Below are positions 52,790-64,000 of a DNA stretch of 64,000 nucleotides, piece by piece. Made by a program: the position numbers and the translations under genes. Every line of letters starts with the position of its first letter. Positions within the stretch are counted from its first letter, which is position 1. Source of the DNA: Felis catus (lineage: Eukaryota); contig NC_058368.1 of assembly GCF_018350175.1 (NCBI RefSeq), positions 208,260,001 through 208,324,000 on the forward strand, in the 5' to 3' direction. The notes under the pieces were generated by a model. It worked only from the letters and a program-made list of their open reading frames with translations. It had not been told where the DNA came from and made no database searches.

Positions 52790-53480
52790 GGCAAAATTTT
52801 ATTCAGAGAATGAAAAGCCACACCTAAGATAGCAAAGACCAAAATTAATGCTGTGGAAGCTTGAATTAGTGATGTGGGGGTGAACCTGAGAAATGTTCCC
52901 AAAATGATGAAAAAATATGAGAGAAAATAATATATATGGATGTGGATATAGAGGACAAGAGCCAAACCAAGGGATTATGGGTACTTATTTAGTATTTACC
53001 AGACTAATGGAAACATAAATATGAATCAAAAACATAAAAATAAAACTTGTCTGAGCCGGGGGGGGGGGGGGGGGGAAAGGACATCAAAATTTGAAAGAGC
53101 TAATATTGCTGCTAAAATGAAAAGACCTGTACCTAGACACAAACTGACAAGATTTCTACAGCAGAAAGAAAGACCGTAGGAATCAGGATGGTGATTTCTG
53201 TGTAGAGAAGAAGTTGGGGAAGTAAAGAAATGACTTGAGGCTGAAATACATAGTCCATAAGGTGACTTATCTTGATTGGATTCATATAGACAGGTTAGGA
53301 GGGCAAAGGAAGTTCTACCACCTACAGAGAGTGTGTGGACTAAAAGGAATTAAGATACTTTTGAAATATCCCTTTGAACTACAGTTTAAAGGAAAAACCT
53401 CAGTATTCAATAACAGTATGTATTCGGTGCTGATCTCTAAAATATACATGAGGAATTTGCTGAATAATTCTGAAAGCATA
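52790..53480 (+). mobile_element. L1 ORF1/HAL1-like remnant
   Basis: A-rich, with aaaatttgaaagagc...acctagacaca...aatcaggatgg motifs. Confidence 0.4.
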
Positions 53481-53666
53481 TTAACCATCAATGCTTCTAA
53501 TTTTCTAAGGGTTTTCCTTCTGTGAAGTTTGATTATCCCCAGAGAAATGCCATAACTCAACCGCAGCCCAATTTTTAATGAGGATCAGTAAAAATCTAGC
53601 TGTACAAAAAATATTTCTTCACCCATTAAATCACTGTTAAGGTCAGTATTATAATGCTCAATATTG

Positions 53667-53887
53667 TTTTTTTTAAGTTTATTTATTTTGAGAGAGAGAG
53701 AGCGAGTGAGAGAGAGAACATGAGCAGGGAAGGGGCAGAGAGGTGGGGAGAGAGAGAGAGAATCCCACGCAGGATCCATGCTGTCAGCGCAGAGCCCAAT
53801 GCGGGGCTCAATCTCACAGACCGTAAGATCATGACCTGAGTCAAAATTGAGTTGGACACTTAATTGACTGAACCTCCCAGGCGCCCC
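53667..53887 (-). mobile_element. CanSINE
   Basis: Consensus match; diverged TSD tcaa(t/c)att(g/c)ttt. Confidence 0.9.
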
Positions 53888-55610
53888 TCAACATTCTTTA
53901 TATAACGATTCATTTGGTAATTTCTTCCGACAGCTGTATCCAGAAAAAAAATTATTTTCACTGAATTGCATTCTTGAGTCAGATATGGAGAGTTCTGTAA
54001 AACCTTGATCTTTCCTTTGTCTTTGATAATAAGTTTAGAGGTTAGTGGCACCCAGGACTTCAGTGACTATCTCACCTCATACATTTATATTTGTATTTCT
54101 GATTTGGTTTCTGATCATCTTACCACATTTGTTTTTAATTACGGTGTGTGCATGTATGTGCGTATGGGTATGTATACAAACTGCCTCAAATGATTTTTGT
54201 GTGTTGGCGAAATACGAGTGACTTAAAAATGCATTCAAATGTCTTGAGTGAACTCACATTCCCAAAGCTAGCATGGCTTTAGTAGACAGTAGTCCTTACT
54301 GACGAGCTACAGAAGAGACCACTGGTGATAACAATTGGGCTGGGAGGGTCCCACGGTCTGCTGTCGTGAAGAAAACAATCCTACGTTGTGAATATCATCA
54401 TAGGAGTAGAGCCAGTCTGAACTCAGGGAAGGGAGTCTGGCTTAAGTCCTTACTCTGACCCACAATCTTCTCTAACAATTGATTAAAAACCCCACAGAGA
54501 GTCTGTGACGGGAGGAAGCTAAATTCTCTCTGGGTCATGGATTAAGTTGTGCCCAAGAAACTTTTTTTTCAAAATAAATGGAAACAAGAGTAATTTGTTC
54601 TCACTTTCAAATAGATATTGGCATATTGATTAAACCAAGACACAGAGGGAGGAGAAGCCAGGGGTTCAGTGGAGGGTTTCCAAGCCCTGAGCGTCACAAA
54701 CCCTTCTCCATCAGGGAGAAAATCATGAAATGCTAATTCTGAGAATTCACTGTCTGAATAACAAATGGAAGCATCACAATGCTTTCGATGGAAGAATTTC
54801 CATTTTCCATGCTTGAAACCTACACCTGGAGAAATTATCATCTGGCTGGAATTTGCTGAGCAAGAAAAAATGAGGATGTGGAAGAACACACAGACTTCCG
54901 GAGACAGTGGGCACCCCTGGTATACCACCTGCTGGGGTGGAGGGCTTGGGCTATGATTGCCAGGAGCGATAAGGCAAGAAAAGTTAGCCGAAGCTAGACT
55001 ATGAAAGATTGTGAATGTCAGGCTAAGGAGTGTGGCATTTATCCTGTGAACAGGAGAGAGTAACATGTTAATGGGAGTGGTTTTACATTAGCCCAGTGCA
55101 GGGGTCCAGCGTGGATTTCCACATTCTGCCTTCGTGCCCTGTATCTTTCGGCCTCATGCACACCCTCAAAGATCTCCCTCAACACCCCACCCAGAACACC
55201 TTCTACCTGGATTCTCTCGTTCTTCATCCCCTGTGCCTTTGGAGAAATCCCACTCAGCCATCCCTGATGTCACCTTACTGGGGAACCTTCACCAATTCAC
55301 CCCCCAGTTTCCTGATCCACAAAATCAATCACTGTGCCCCCTCTGAGCTACAGAGTGCATTCTATGTGCAGAGTGCACATCACTATACAGGTAGTTGTAT
55401 GATAGTCTGTTCACTGGACTGGGTCATGAATCCCAGGAAGGCAAGAACGGGTTTAATTCTCTTTGAAGAAGGTTTGGCAAAAATAGCTATTTGTAAAATT
55501 AATGGCCGATCCTTTTGATGACTTCTGTACAGAATATACCCTTGCTTCATGTCCTTCCGTGCTATTATGTATTTACATGAAACTGTGTTCACTTTTCTTC
55601 CATATTTTAT

Positions 55611-55759
55611 CCAGTATTATTCAAACTGCAGACTTCAAACACATTAGTGAACAGTAAAAAATAATTCAGTGGGGCGTGACCACGTTTTTTTATTGTTATT
55701 TTTTAATTTTTTTTAATGTTTACTTTTGACCAAGAGAGACAGAGCATGAGTGGGGGAGG

Positions 55760-55809
<50 letters not shown>

Positions 55810-56157
55810 ATTTGGAAGCAGGCTCAAGGCTCCGAGCTGTCAGCACACAGCCCGACGTGGGGCTCTAATTCACTGACTGTGAGATCATGACCAGAGCCGA
55901 AGTCGGACGCCCAACTGACTGAGCCACCCAGGCGACCCGTGACCACATTTTTTTAAATGGAACCGAGTGGTATAAAAATATAAAGCTCTGCATTTAGCAT
56001 GGGTGAGTATTGTCCTGTGAGACATTTGCACACACACACACACATACACACACACACACACACACACATTTATAGATATGTTTGTGTGTGTTGGGCTGTA
56101 GTGCAAGGGCATATTCTTACTGTGGGTTGCAGTCCAAAAAAAGTTTGAGAAATCCTT
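55611..56157. mobile_element. hAT-Charlie element (Charlie4-like) with nested SINE and (CA)n
   Basis: Inverted ends ttcaaact / agtttga; gtgaccac duplicated around the SINE. Confidence 0.55.
55685..55938 (-). mobile_element. CanSINE with expanded (GA)n
   Basis: Consensus match; TSD gtgaccac. Confidence 0.92.
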
Positions 56158-56257
56158 CATTCTAGCTGATATTTTTGAATGCTGGTTTATTTTTCCAGTC
56201 TGATAGCCATTTTATTTTGAGCAAGGGTTAGATTTTCTAATTTTATTTTTATCTTAT

Positions 56258-56476
56258 AGTAGGGTTTCTCAACCTTAGCACTACTGATGTTTTGGGATGG
56301 ATCACTGTTTGTTGTGGAGGCCTGTCCTGTGCATTGTAGGATTCTTAGCAGAATCCCTCATTTCTACCCACGAGATGCCGATAGCACCTTCCCTCATTGT
56401 AACGGATGAAAATGCCTCCAGACTTTGCCACCTGCCCCCTAGGGGGCAAAATTACCCCTCATTGAGGACTACTACT
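56258..56476. mobile_element. MER20 hAT-Charlie element
   Basis: tttctcaaccttagcactactga...ctgtcctgtgcattgtagga...tctacccacgagatgcc...ttgaggactact. Confidence 0.85.
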
Positions 56477-57650
56477 CTGTGGTGCCCCCAAATAATGCTG
56501 AGCATTCAGGCAGCCTTTAAGACATGCATTAGACAGATCTGACACAAAGATCTTGCAGGAGTCTACTACAATAGAAGGCCTGGGGATACCAATCTCCAAA
56601 GCTTCTTAACCTCTTATTGGGTTCACAACCAGGTCCCTATGGGCCACCTTCTGACTGTACACAACATCTTCAGTCTAACCACAGGGTTTGCATGAGTGCA
56701 GCTAGAATGTCCTGTGCAGCAGGACACAGCAAGGGTTCAGGGTCAGGAGGCGTTCTTGGAAGCCCCGAGGCAGGAGAAGGAATCCCAGTACTTCTGGTTG
56801 AAAGAAGTGGAGCCGTGCAACGAAAGAAGTATCTCAAGAAACTGGGACCACGGAAGCAACAGTCCCCTTGCTCTGAAAAGCAGCTACAAGTATGCAGGAG
56901 ATACAGGAAATTAAGAAGTGACTCTGCTCTTACGTGGAAGGGCCTGACCATGCATGCAAATGGGGTCTCTGCAGCAGAGACGTGGGTAGGAAATGAAAAG
57001 AGCATTCGCCAGAAGTCCCATGAACCTAACACTCATGGCCACTAACTGGGACCTGGAATTAGTCCTTTAATCTGGTGACTTTTCAGTTCCTTACCAAAAA
57101 ATTGTGGAAGTTTGGCGAGGTCCTTAACCTACCTGCTAGTTCCCAAATGCCATGATTTGGTTTGGCTCTCTACCTTTCCTTTTCATGTATATTCTCCTTA
57201 AAGCTACAGAATTGCCTCTTTGTTGGTCTCCCTTTGTTTCTTTTGATTTCCACACCATAGCCGCAATGATCCTGATTAAAATGTAGGCCAGATCACGTCA
57301 TTCTGCCGCTCAAAACACTTCAAGGGCTTGGCATCTAACTTAGAATAAAACCCAGTCTTCATCAGGACCCACATGTTTGACCCCTGGCCTCTGGCTACCT
57401 TTCTGGCCTCACTTCCTATCATTCTTCTCACTCATCATGTCCCTGTCACACGAGCCTCCTTACTATCCCTGGAGTATCCCGAGGCTGTCATCACCCCAGG
57501 ATCTTTGCACTTACTGCTCCCTGTCCATGGAAGGACTCTGCTCAAATCTCTCTTTTGATAGCTCATTCCAAACAGCAGTCCCCACTATCCTCTATGCCCT
57601 CTTACTCTTTCTCTTTTCCTCTTCACACTCATCATTAAAGACGTATCACT

Positions 57651-57855
57651 GGGGCACCCGGGTGGCTCGGTTGGTTGAGCGTCTGACTCTTGATGTTAGC
57701 CCAGGTCATGATCTCACAATTCATGGATTTGAGCCCCACATCCAGCTCTGTGCTACAGTGAAGAGCCTGCTTGGGATTCTCTGTCTCCCTCTGTCTCTGC
57801 CCCTGCCCTGCTCTCACACTATCTTTTTCAAAACTAAATAAACATTTTTTAAAAA
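57651..57855 (+). mobile_element. CanSINE inserted in an L2 fragment (~57220-58060)
   Basis: Consensus match; diverged TSD aaagac(g/a)tat. Confidence 0.88.
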
Positions 57856-58591
57856 GACATATTATTTGTGTCCTATAATAAATACTTATTTTATTATCTA
57901 CTTACTTTCTGAGACTGACTCTCCCGCATATAAGCTCAATGAGGGCAGGGATCATCTACTTTGTTGACTGCTAGACATCAACATCCAGAATTTGCCTGGT
58001 ATGTTATAGGCATTAAATGTATACTTTAAAAAATGGATTGGCAAAAGGATGTATAAGTAAGTGAAATAAGCACTGTATATTCAGAAACTAAATTCTTTAC
58101 TTCCTCCAGCATCCTCAAAACATTTTCCAGATTCACATAGAAAATTAGCAGTAGCGATGTATGAAGCAAATAACAAAACCACAATCAAAAAAGGCCTGAC
58201 TTCAAGTTGTTTATAGCTTTTCTTATCTCTCACTTTTGTAATTTTAGCTGTTCTAATTCTGAATTTAACAGCCCTTTATTCCCTTTTGTTTTAGAAACTC
58301 ATTCTATCAGTTCTTGGTACCATGAGGACTCAGCATCGATTACAAGCAGGATGTTATTCAGGACTCGGATCTCTATTTCTGCTTCAGTTTCTGCTCGCCA
58401 ACTTTTCTTTTGACTGCAGATACTAAAATCTGAAATCACTTGCCCTCTCCCATTTTGATTGGGACTAGTTAACCATAGAAGAAGTCAATCATGTTGGGCA
58501 ACAGAAGGGAACTTCTCTGTGTCGCCCTCATCTCAACCGCTGAGGGTGACACCAAACTGATTCTAAAGGCTTCTTCCAGCTCTGAAAGTCT

Positions 58592-58649
58592 GTGAACTAT
58601 CGCCATCTGCTGGATGACTCGTGAACTACCACCATCTGCTGGGTGAGTC
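58592..58649 (-). promoter_or_regulatory. Two tandem CTCF-like motifs in a 29-bp diverged duplication
   Basis: Minus strand CCAGCAGATGGCG and CCAGCAGATGGTG fit the CTCF core CCASYAGRKGGCR. Confidence 0.5.
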
Positions 58650-58699
58650 TTCCTACTACCTCCTTAGGAGTTGTTGGTCATTCCCCAGTGGTTGTGATC

Positions 58700-58793
58700 C
58701 TTTGGATGCGTGGCCTTTGAAATTCCTTTAAGACCACATGACTAGGCTTTGGATGCGTGGCCTTTGAAATTCCTTTAAGACCACATGACTAGG
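58700..58793. repeat. Perfect 47-bp tandem duplication
   Basis: ctttggatgcgtggcctttgaaattcctttaagaccacatgactagg x2. Confidence 0.95.
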
Positions 58794-59639
58794 ACCAGGG
58801 AGCAACATTCCACTGGGCCAGAACAGACATACATTTACATTTTTAAATATGGTAGACACTACCGTTCCAGTAAGATGGCAGCACTATTCCACGATCTGTG
58901 GCAGATCTGTAGCTCACCATTCAAGTGGAGTTAAGGAGCTGGAAACGAAAATTCCAATATGAGACCTGAGCTTTAAGGCAAATGATTCTTTTCTTTTGAA
59001 AAATAGTTTTGTCTTAAAAGTGTGTATGAACAATGCACTTTACTATGTACATTACCTATCAAAATATTCACTATTAGTCAGAAAAAGCAGGTGAGAGTCT
59101 GAGGTTTAAAATGCCATCCATATTACCAATTGGCTGCAACATTAGTCAATCCATCAACAAATATAAGGAAGGGGTAACAGTCCTGACCCACTGTGCTTTA
59201 CAGCAAAGTCAAAGGGGGAAACAGAAACGTAGACAAGCTGAAAGTTAAGTAAGAGCATAATCAGGATATTGTATATTGCAGTGACACAATCTAAGTGTCC
59301 ATCAATAAAGAATTAAATAAATGTAGTAGAGCTTTACAATGGAATACACTATGGTTATTAAACTTAATGATGTAGATGTACATTTGTTGATATTTAAAGA
59401 TGTGTATAGCATTTTGTTACACAGAAAAATTTTATGTACGAAGATCTCAGTACTGGATTTAAAAAAACCCTGGAAGATTATATACCAATATGTTAATAGT
59501 TGCTATGCCCGGATACTGAGATTAGATATAATTTTCATTTTTATTTTTTCCCATATTTTATGTTATTTCAATGTTTTTATAATAATAAGTATGGATTACT
59601 TTTTTCTATTTAAAGACAACAAAAAGAGCTATTACTGCT

Positions 59640-60350
59640 TCAGAATTATTGCAACGGTTGTCTTGACTGGTCTCGCTTCACTTACTCTGGCCCCTCTTCA
59701 GTCCTTTCACACACCGGTAAGAGTGGCTTCACTGAAACCTAACTAAAGGGGGAACTCCCAGTCTTCCCATTACTGTCCCAAAAAAGCAAAATCCAATGAC
59801 TTCCAATGGCCTCCAAGGTCCTAGTCAACCTTTACCATCACTTCCTACCCCTTCTTACCTCATCTCTTTCTAGACTCCTCCCCCAAATACCCCCAACCCA
59901 GCCACACAACCTCCTTGTTCTTCCCTGAACACCCCAGGGTGCTCCTGCATTGGGACTTCTGAATGTGGCTGGAGCATTCTTCCCCCAGGTGGATGAATGG
60001 ACAGATTAGATTAGATAGATCGATCGATCGATAGATCTATTGGTCGAGGTACATATATCCAGAAAGTTCACCTCAGCCTTCTTATTCAAATGTCACCTTC
60101 TCAGGAGGCTTTCTCATACTGCCTATCCCCTTCTCTGTTCTGTATTTCCCCATAGCCCTTATCCCCGCATCTGACATACTATCTACATGTTTTAACTGAT
60201 CTGTTTACTGTCTGTCTGCCTTGATTAGAATGTAAGCTCTGCAAGGTCAGGGATTCTTTTTGTCTGTCTTGTTTGCTGCTGAATCTCCAGCATCTGAAAC
60301 AGTGCCTGGCCGCCGTGGGCACGGAATATTTGTTTGAAAGAGTAAATGGG
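59640..60350 (+). mobile_element. L2 3' fragment
   Basis: gaatgtaagctctgcaaggtcaggga...acagtgcctggc...aatatttgtttgaa. Confidence 0.75.
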
Positions 60351-60689
60351 TATATTGTAAAATAAATTGGGGGCACTGATTCTTTAGGAAAAAGAAATCC
60401 CACCAACTTTAGGAGTCAAATGGAAAACAATGTTGTTACCAAACTGCGCTCTTATCCAGGATCTGCAACCAAGTGACCTTGAGAAGACTGTTGAGTCATT
60501 CTGAGCTGCAGTTGTCTCCGGTGCAAAATGAGGACACTGTCCTTGTCCACTCTGAGTTTATAAATTTGCAGTGGACAAAGGTTTGGCTGTGAGACCTGAC
60601 TACCTCCTTTGTTCCAGGCAAAATGCTAAAAAGGCAAAGATGAATGAGGTAAGGTTCATGTTCTCAATCAATAAGAGAAAGACCAAAAC

Positions 60690-61150
60690 ATAGTCCATAT
60701 TTTTGGAATCCATGTAAGAGGCACCAATCTCTTATTATACGAGATTATACTGTGACTTTTTTCAGTGGATTCCTTCCCTCTGTCCCCCAGTCTTCCAGCA
60801 TGTATCTCTGCTCCTCTCGCCTCTGCCCTGGGCCCTGGGAGGCTGACCTGTGAGGCTTCCAGCTGGGATCTGACCATCTGGAGCATCAGCAGGAAAGTGG
60901 ACAGAGGGAGGAAAGGAGTCAGCATCTTTGTTCCCCAACTTCCTTTCCACTAGGTTGTCACAGGATACATGTCTGAAGGTCACAGCTCTTGCCTGATGGC
61001 TCTCCCCGTCTGTCTCCAGATGCTGGTAACTGCATCCTTTTGGTTTCCTTACATCTGCCCAAACTTTTGCAAAAAAAATTCCCTCACTAAACTCATTTCA
61101 CATGAAGCAACTGTATGCGCCCCCGTTTCCTTCTAGAGCCTCTTGACACC
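60690..61150 (+). mobile_element. ERVL LTR (LTR33/LTR16-like)
   Basis: gccctgggaggctgacctgtg...ggaaaggagtcagcatctttgttcccc...cactaaactc motifs. Confidence 0.55.
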
Positions 61151-61685
61151 CAAGATCGTTAGAGAAGTCATCTTTTCTCCCGTGGTTGTTTCTTACTTGC
61201 ACATTATTTGTTTCACGTTTGGTTGTATCATCAGAAGAGATCCGCCAGACTCAGCCAGCATGCACTGTCACCGCCCACACGTCTGTCACTGCATCAAGCT
61301 GATTTCAGGTGCCCCCTCTCTGTGCTAAACCAGTACTGTGGTCCTACTCTGTCATCAAAGAACCTGAGTGATTCAGGGATTTAGATGCTAAGAGACAATC
61401 CCAGTGGAGAACTGTGTCAAAGCAAGAAGTGTTCCCAAGGACAGAATCGAAAAGATTAACTATGAAATAATGAATATACAAGAAAGAACAAAGCGAGTGA
61501 TAAGGAAATAGAAGGAAACAAAAGGAAAACTAGGGAACAACACTCGCGTCGGGCTTCAATCTATTAATGTTTCACAATTCATTGAGGCGAGAGTACCATA
61601 AACAGCATATGGTTGCTCGGGTGTGGTCACTAAATAGCAGCTGAGCCAATGAACAGATGCTACAGCTGAAACCAGAGCACCATGA

Positions 61686-61912
61686 GGGGCGCTGGGTGGC
61701 TCAGTGGGTTAAGCATCTGACTTCCGCTCAGGTCATGATCTCACAGTATGTGGGTTTGAGCCCCGCATCGGGCTCTGTGCTGCCAGCTCAGAACCCAGAG
61801 CCTGCTTCGGATTCTGTGTCTCCCCCTCTCTGCGCCCCTCCCATGCTCATTCTCTGTCTGTCTCTCAATAATAAACAAACGTTAAAAAAAAAAAAAGAAA
61901 AAAAGAAAGAAA
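61686..61912 (+). mobile_element. CanSINE (SINEC_Fc-type)
   Basis: Consensus match; TSD gaaac(c/t)agagcacc. Confidence 0.92.
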
Positions 61913-62653
61913 CTAGAGCACCCTAAGTGCCTTTTCTTGGGAAAATTGTATTTTCTTATCCTTTATTTTAGTCTTTCTTCCTTAGCTAGGCAGAGGGGGT
62001 AAAATACCTGCACAGTGATTATAAGTAAATGTATGGTAATGTAAGATGTACCAAGGCCTCAGAAGAACAATTAATAGGTAGCAGGTATTTAAACAGCAAA
62101 GTGAGTCATTCCCTTTAGAACCAATAAAGCTGTGCAAATGAGCGCTACTCAGATTTACATGCAACGAGGCATTAGCAAATCAATAGAGCGATTACTGCGG
62201 AGGGCACCTGAATGTACAATCATGTCTGAAGTTATGTTTATGCACAAACCTCACACTTAAAATGCATTTTTATCTAGGCTATGGGGGAAACCAATGATTT
62301 GTTCTTTCTCCTGCTCCCTTTTCGGTCTTACATTCTAAAGATTTACAAATCCACGAAGCTCCCGAATTTACAAGCCTAACCCAAGCTCAGGGAGGAATGC
62401 CCAGAACAGCTTTCTCTTTCTCCCTGAGGAGCAGCACAAACCTGCCACCGAGGTTGCAGGGTTTTTTGGGGGCTCTTATTTGTTTCAGACTTTTCATGTG
62501 AACATTAAATTGCAGGGATTTGCCTCAAGGAGACAATGTCATCAGCATGCACCAAATGATTCCTTCCAAGTTTGACAAAATTGCTACAGGGAAAGTTCCC
62601 CAAATTTTCAGGACAATCCCTTAGAATTTGAGGGGGAACCCCAGAAATATACC

Positions 62654-62745
62654 ACAGAGGTCAGCTGATTATGTCCCACTGGCCAAATCTAGTCCAATTG
62701 CTTGCCATTATTTAAAAGAAATATTTTTAATGTTTATTTATTTTT

Positions 62746-62794
<49 letters not shown>

Positions 62795-63586
62795 GGGGAG
62801 GGGCAGAGAGAGAGAGGGAGACAGAATCTGAAGCAGGCTCCAGGCTCTGAGCTGTCAGCACAGAGCCCAACGTGGGGTTTGAACTCAGGAACCTTGAGAT
62901 CATAACCTGAGCGGGAATTGAATGCTTCACCAACTGAGCTATCCAGGTGCCCCGAGCTGCCTGTTTTTATACTGAGAAAATAAATGTCTAAGCTCAAGAT
63001 GGAGCCATTTTTGCCGGAGTGGGGGCCGGGGGGGCACTTCAGTAAACAGAAACCCAGGTATCTTGCATGTTCCTATAAACGCTCCTCTTAAACCAGAAAC
63101 GCAGTATATCCAGCCAGCCAATCCCAAATGCCAAGCCAACTCTGAGCTCTACACTTTTCTCCTTCTTGTTCATTTTCTATTTTTCTCTTCCTGCTTCTTC
63201 TCATTCTTTCTCCTGCAAATCTTCCTGCCTTCTGCCCCATTTTGCAGTTCTCTGGACCCTTGAGAATAGAGACTGCTCACTTCTTGAAGTGTTAAAGTTT
63301 GCCTGTATCACCTAAATTAACTTCTTTAATCCTTTTTAATAGTACATGAGTTAAGTGTTTTTTACCTTCTTAAAGGGTTGAAAAAAAGCTTTAAAAATAT
63401 TTTGTAACACATGAAAATGATATGAAATTCAATTTCCCATGTCCATTGATAACATTTTATTGGAACACAGTCACACACATTCTTTATTGTCTATGGCTGT
63501 TTTCACGCTACAACAGCAGAAGTGAACCCAAAAATCCTAAAATATTTACTGCCTTGCCTTTTATAGAAAAATATTCTGATCCCTGT
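62654..63586. mobile_element. MER58B-like hAT element split by a SINE and a probable LTR
   Basis: 5' part ggccaaatctagtcc; 3' part tttattggaacacagtcacac...aatatttact...gatccctg. Confidence 0.7.
62723..62953 (-). mobile_element. CanSINE (SINEC_Fc-type)
   Basis: Consensus match with (GA)n. Confidence 0.92.
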
Positions 63587-64000
63587 CTAAGTAATTGGTT
63601 AACTTTGGGGAGGTTAAAAACAAGCAAACAAAAATCAGAGGTACAGTATCATAACCACGAGGTCTTTCTTTTTGCCTAAATTTGGGACGTGCTTGAGTGG
63701 TGAGAGAGATGAAATTTTGTTAGCAAAGTTCAATGTTCCTTATAGTTTTAATTATTGGATGCCTTTTAAATCCGCAGCCTTTTAAAACCAATCAACCAAC
63801 CCAACCCATCTTAATGATTCTACTTGACCTAACTCTGGCAGTCTCTTCTATTCTTCCACTTCGGTCAAGACAGTTTTTGTCCCTGACCCTTTGTTTCTGA
63901 ATTCCGAGATTCTAATGCCCTCAGGTCCCAGGAGCAGAACTCAGGGCACAGAGTCGTAAAGGAAAATCAATTGCCAGGTTAGCGATCACCTGGTCAGTTA

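Larger units (their letters stand above)
1..64000 (-). other. EGFLAM: EGFLAM (pikachurin) gene body, partial; both ends lie outside the window
   Basis: 12 ordered minus-strand exons splice into one open frame (1831 nt) that matches the pikachurin EGF/laminin-G architecture as I recall it. Confidence 0.97.

Noticed and set aside
58592..58793. Short direct repeats as a possible CRISPR-like array
   Set aside because: Only two adjacent copies each, no spacers, and a mammalian intron context

Overview
This is mammalian genomic DNA from a carnivore, most likely a felid, judged from the many SINEC_Fc-type tRNA-derived SINEs and a young L1 3' end. The whole window lies inside EGFLAM (pikachurin, agrin-like), transcribed on the minus strand. 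I can place 12 consecutive coding exons (1831 nt, all GT-AG, phases consistent, no stops). They run from the acidic linker after the FN3 domains through EGF1-LG1-EGF2-LG2-EGF3 to the start of LG3. A 24-nt cassette microexon (ECGNYCLNT) sits between EGF3 and LG3. The 5' exons (signal peptide, FN3) lie beyond 64000 and the last exons lie before position 1, so 38764-64000 is one long intron. The rest is ordinary intronic repeat content: CanSINEs, L1, L2, MIR, MaLR/ERVL LTRs, Tigger and hAT elements, and microsatellites. Almost all ORFs in the supplied track are spurious. I see no prokaryote-style novel system. The best leads concern splicing and regulation: the microexon at the agrin z/B-equivalent position with an SRRM3/4-like 3' splice site, a second hidden cassette or poison exon 380 nt upstream of it, a candidate internal first exon whose start codon reads TTG, and a tandem-duplicated CTCF-like motif pair. 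Exon numbers follow my recollection of the human gene model. Repeat family names come from recognition, not from a database search.
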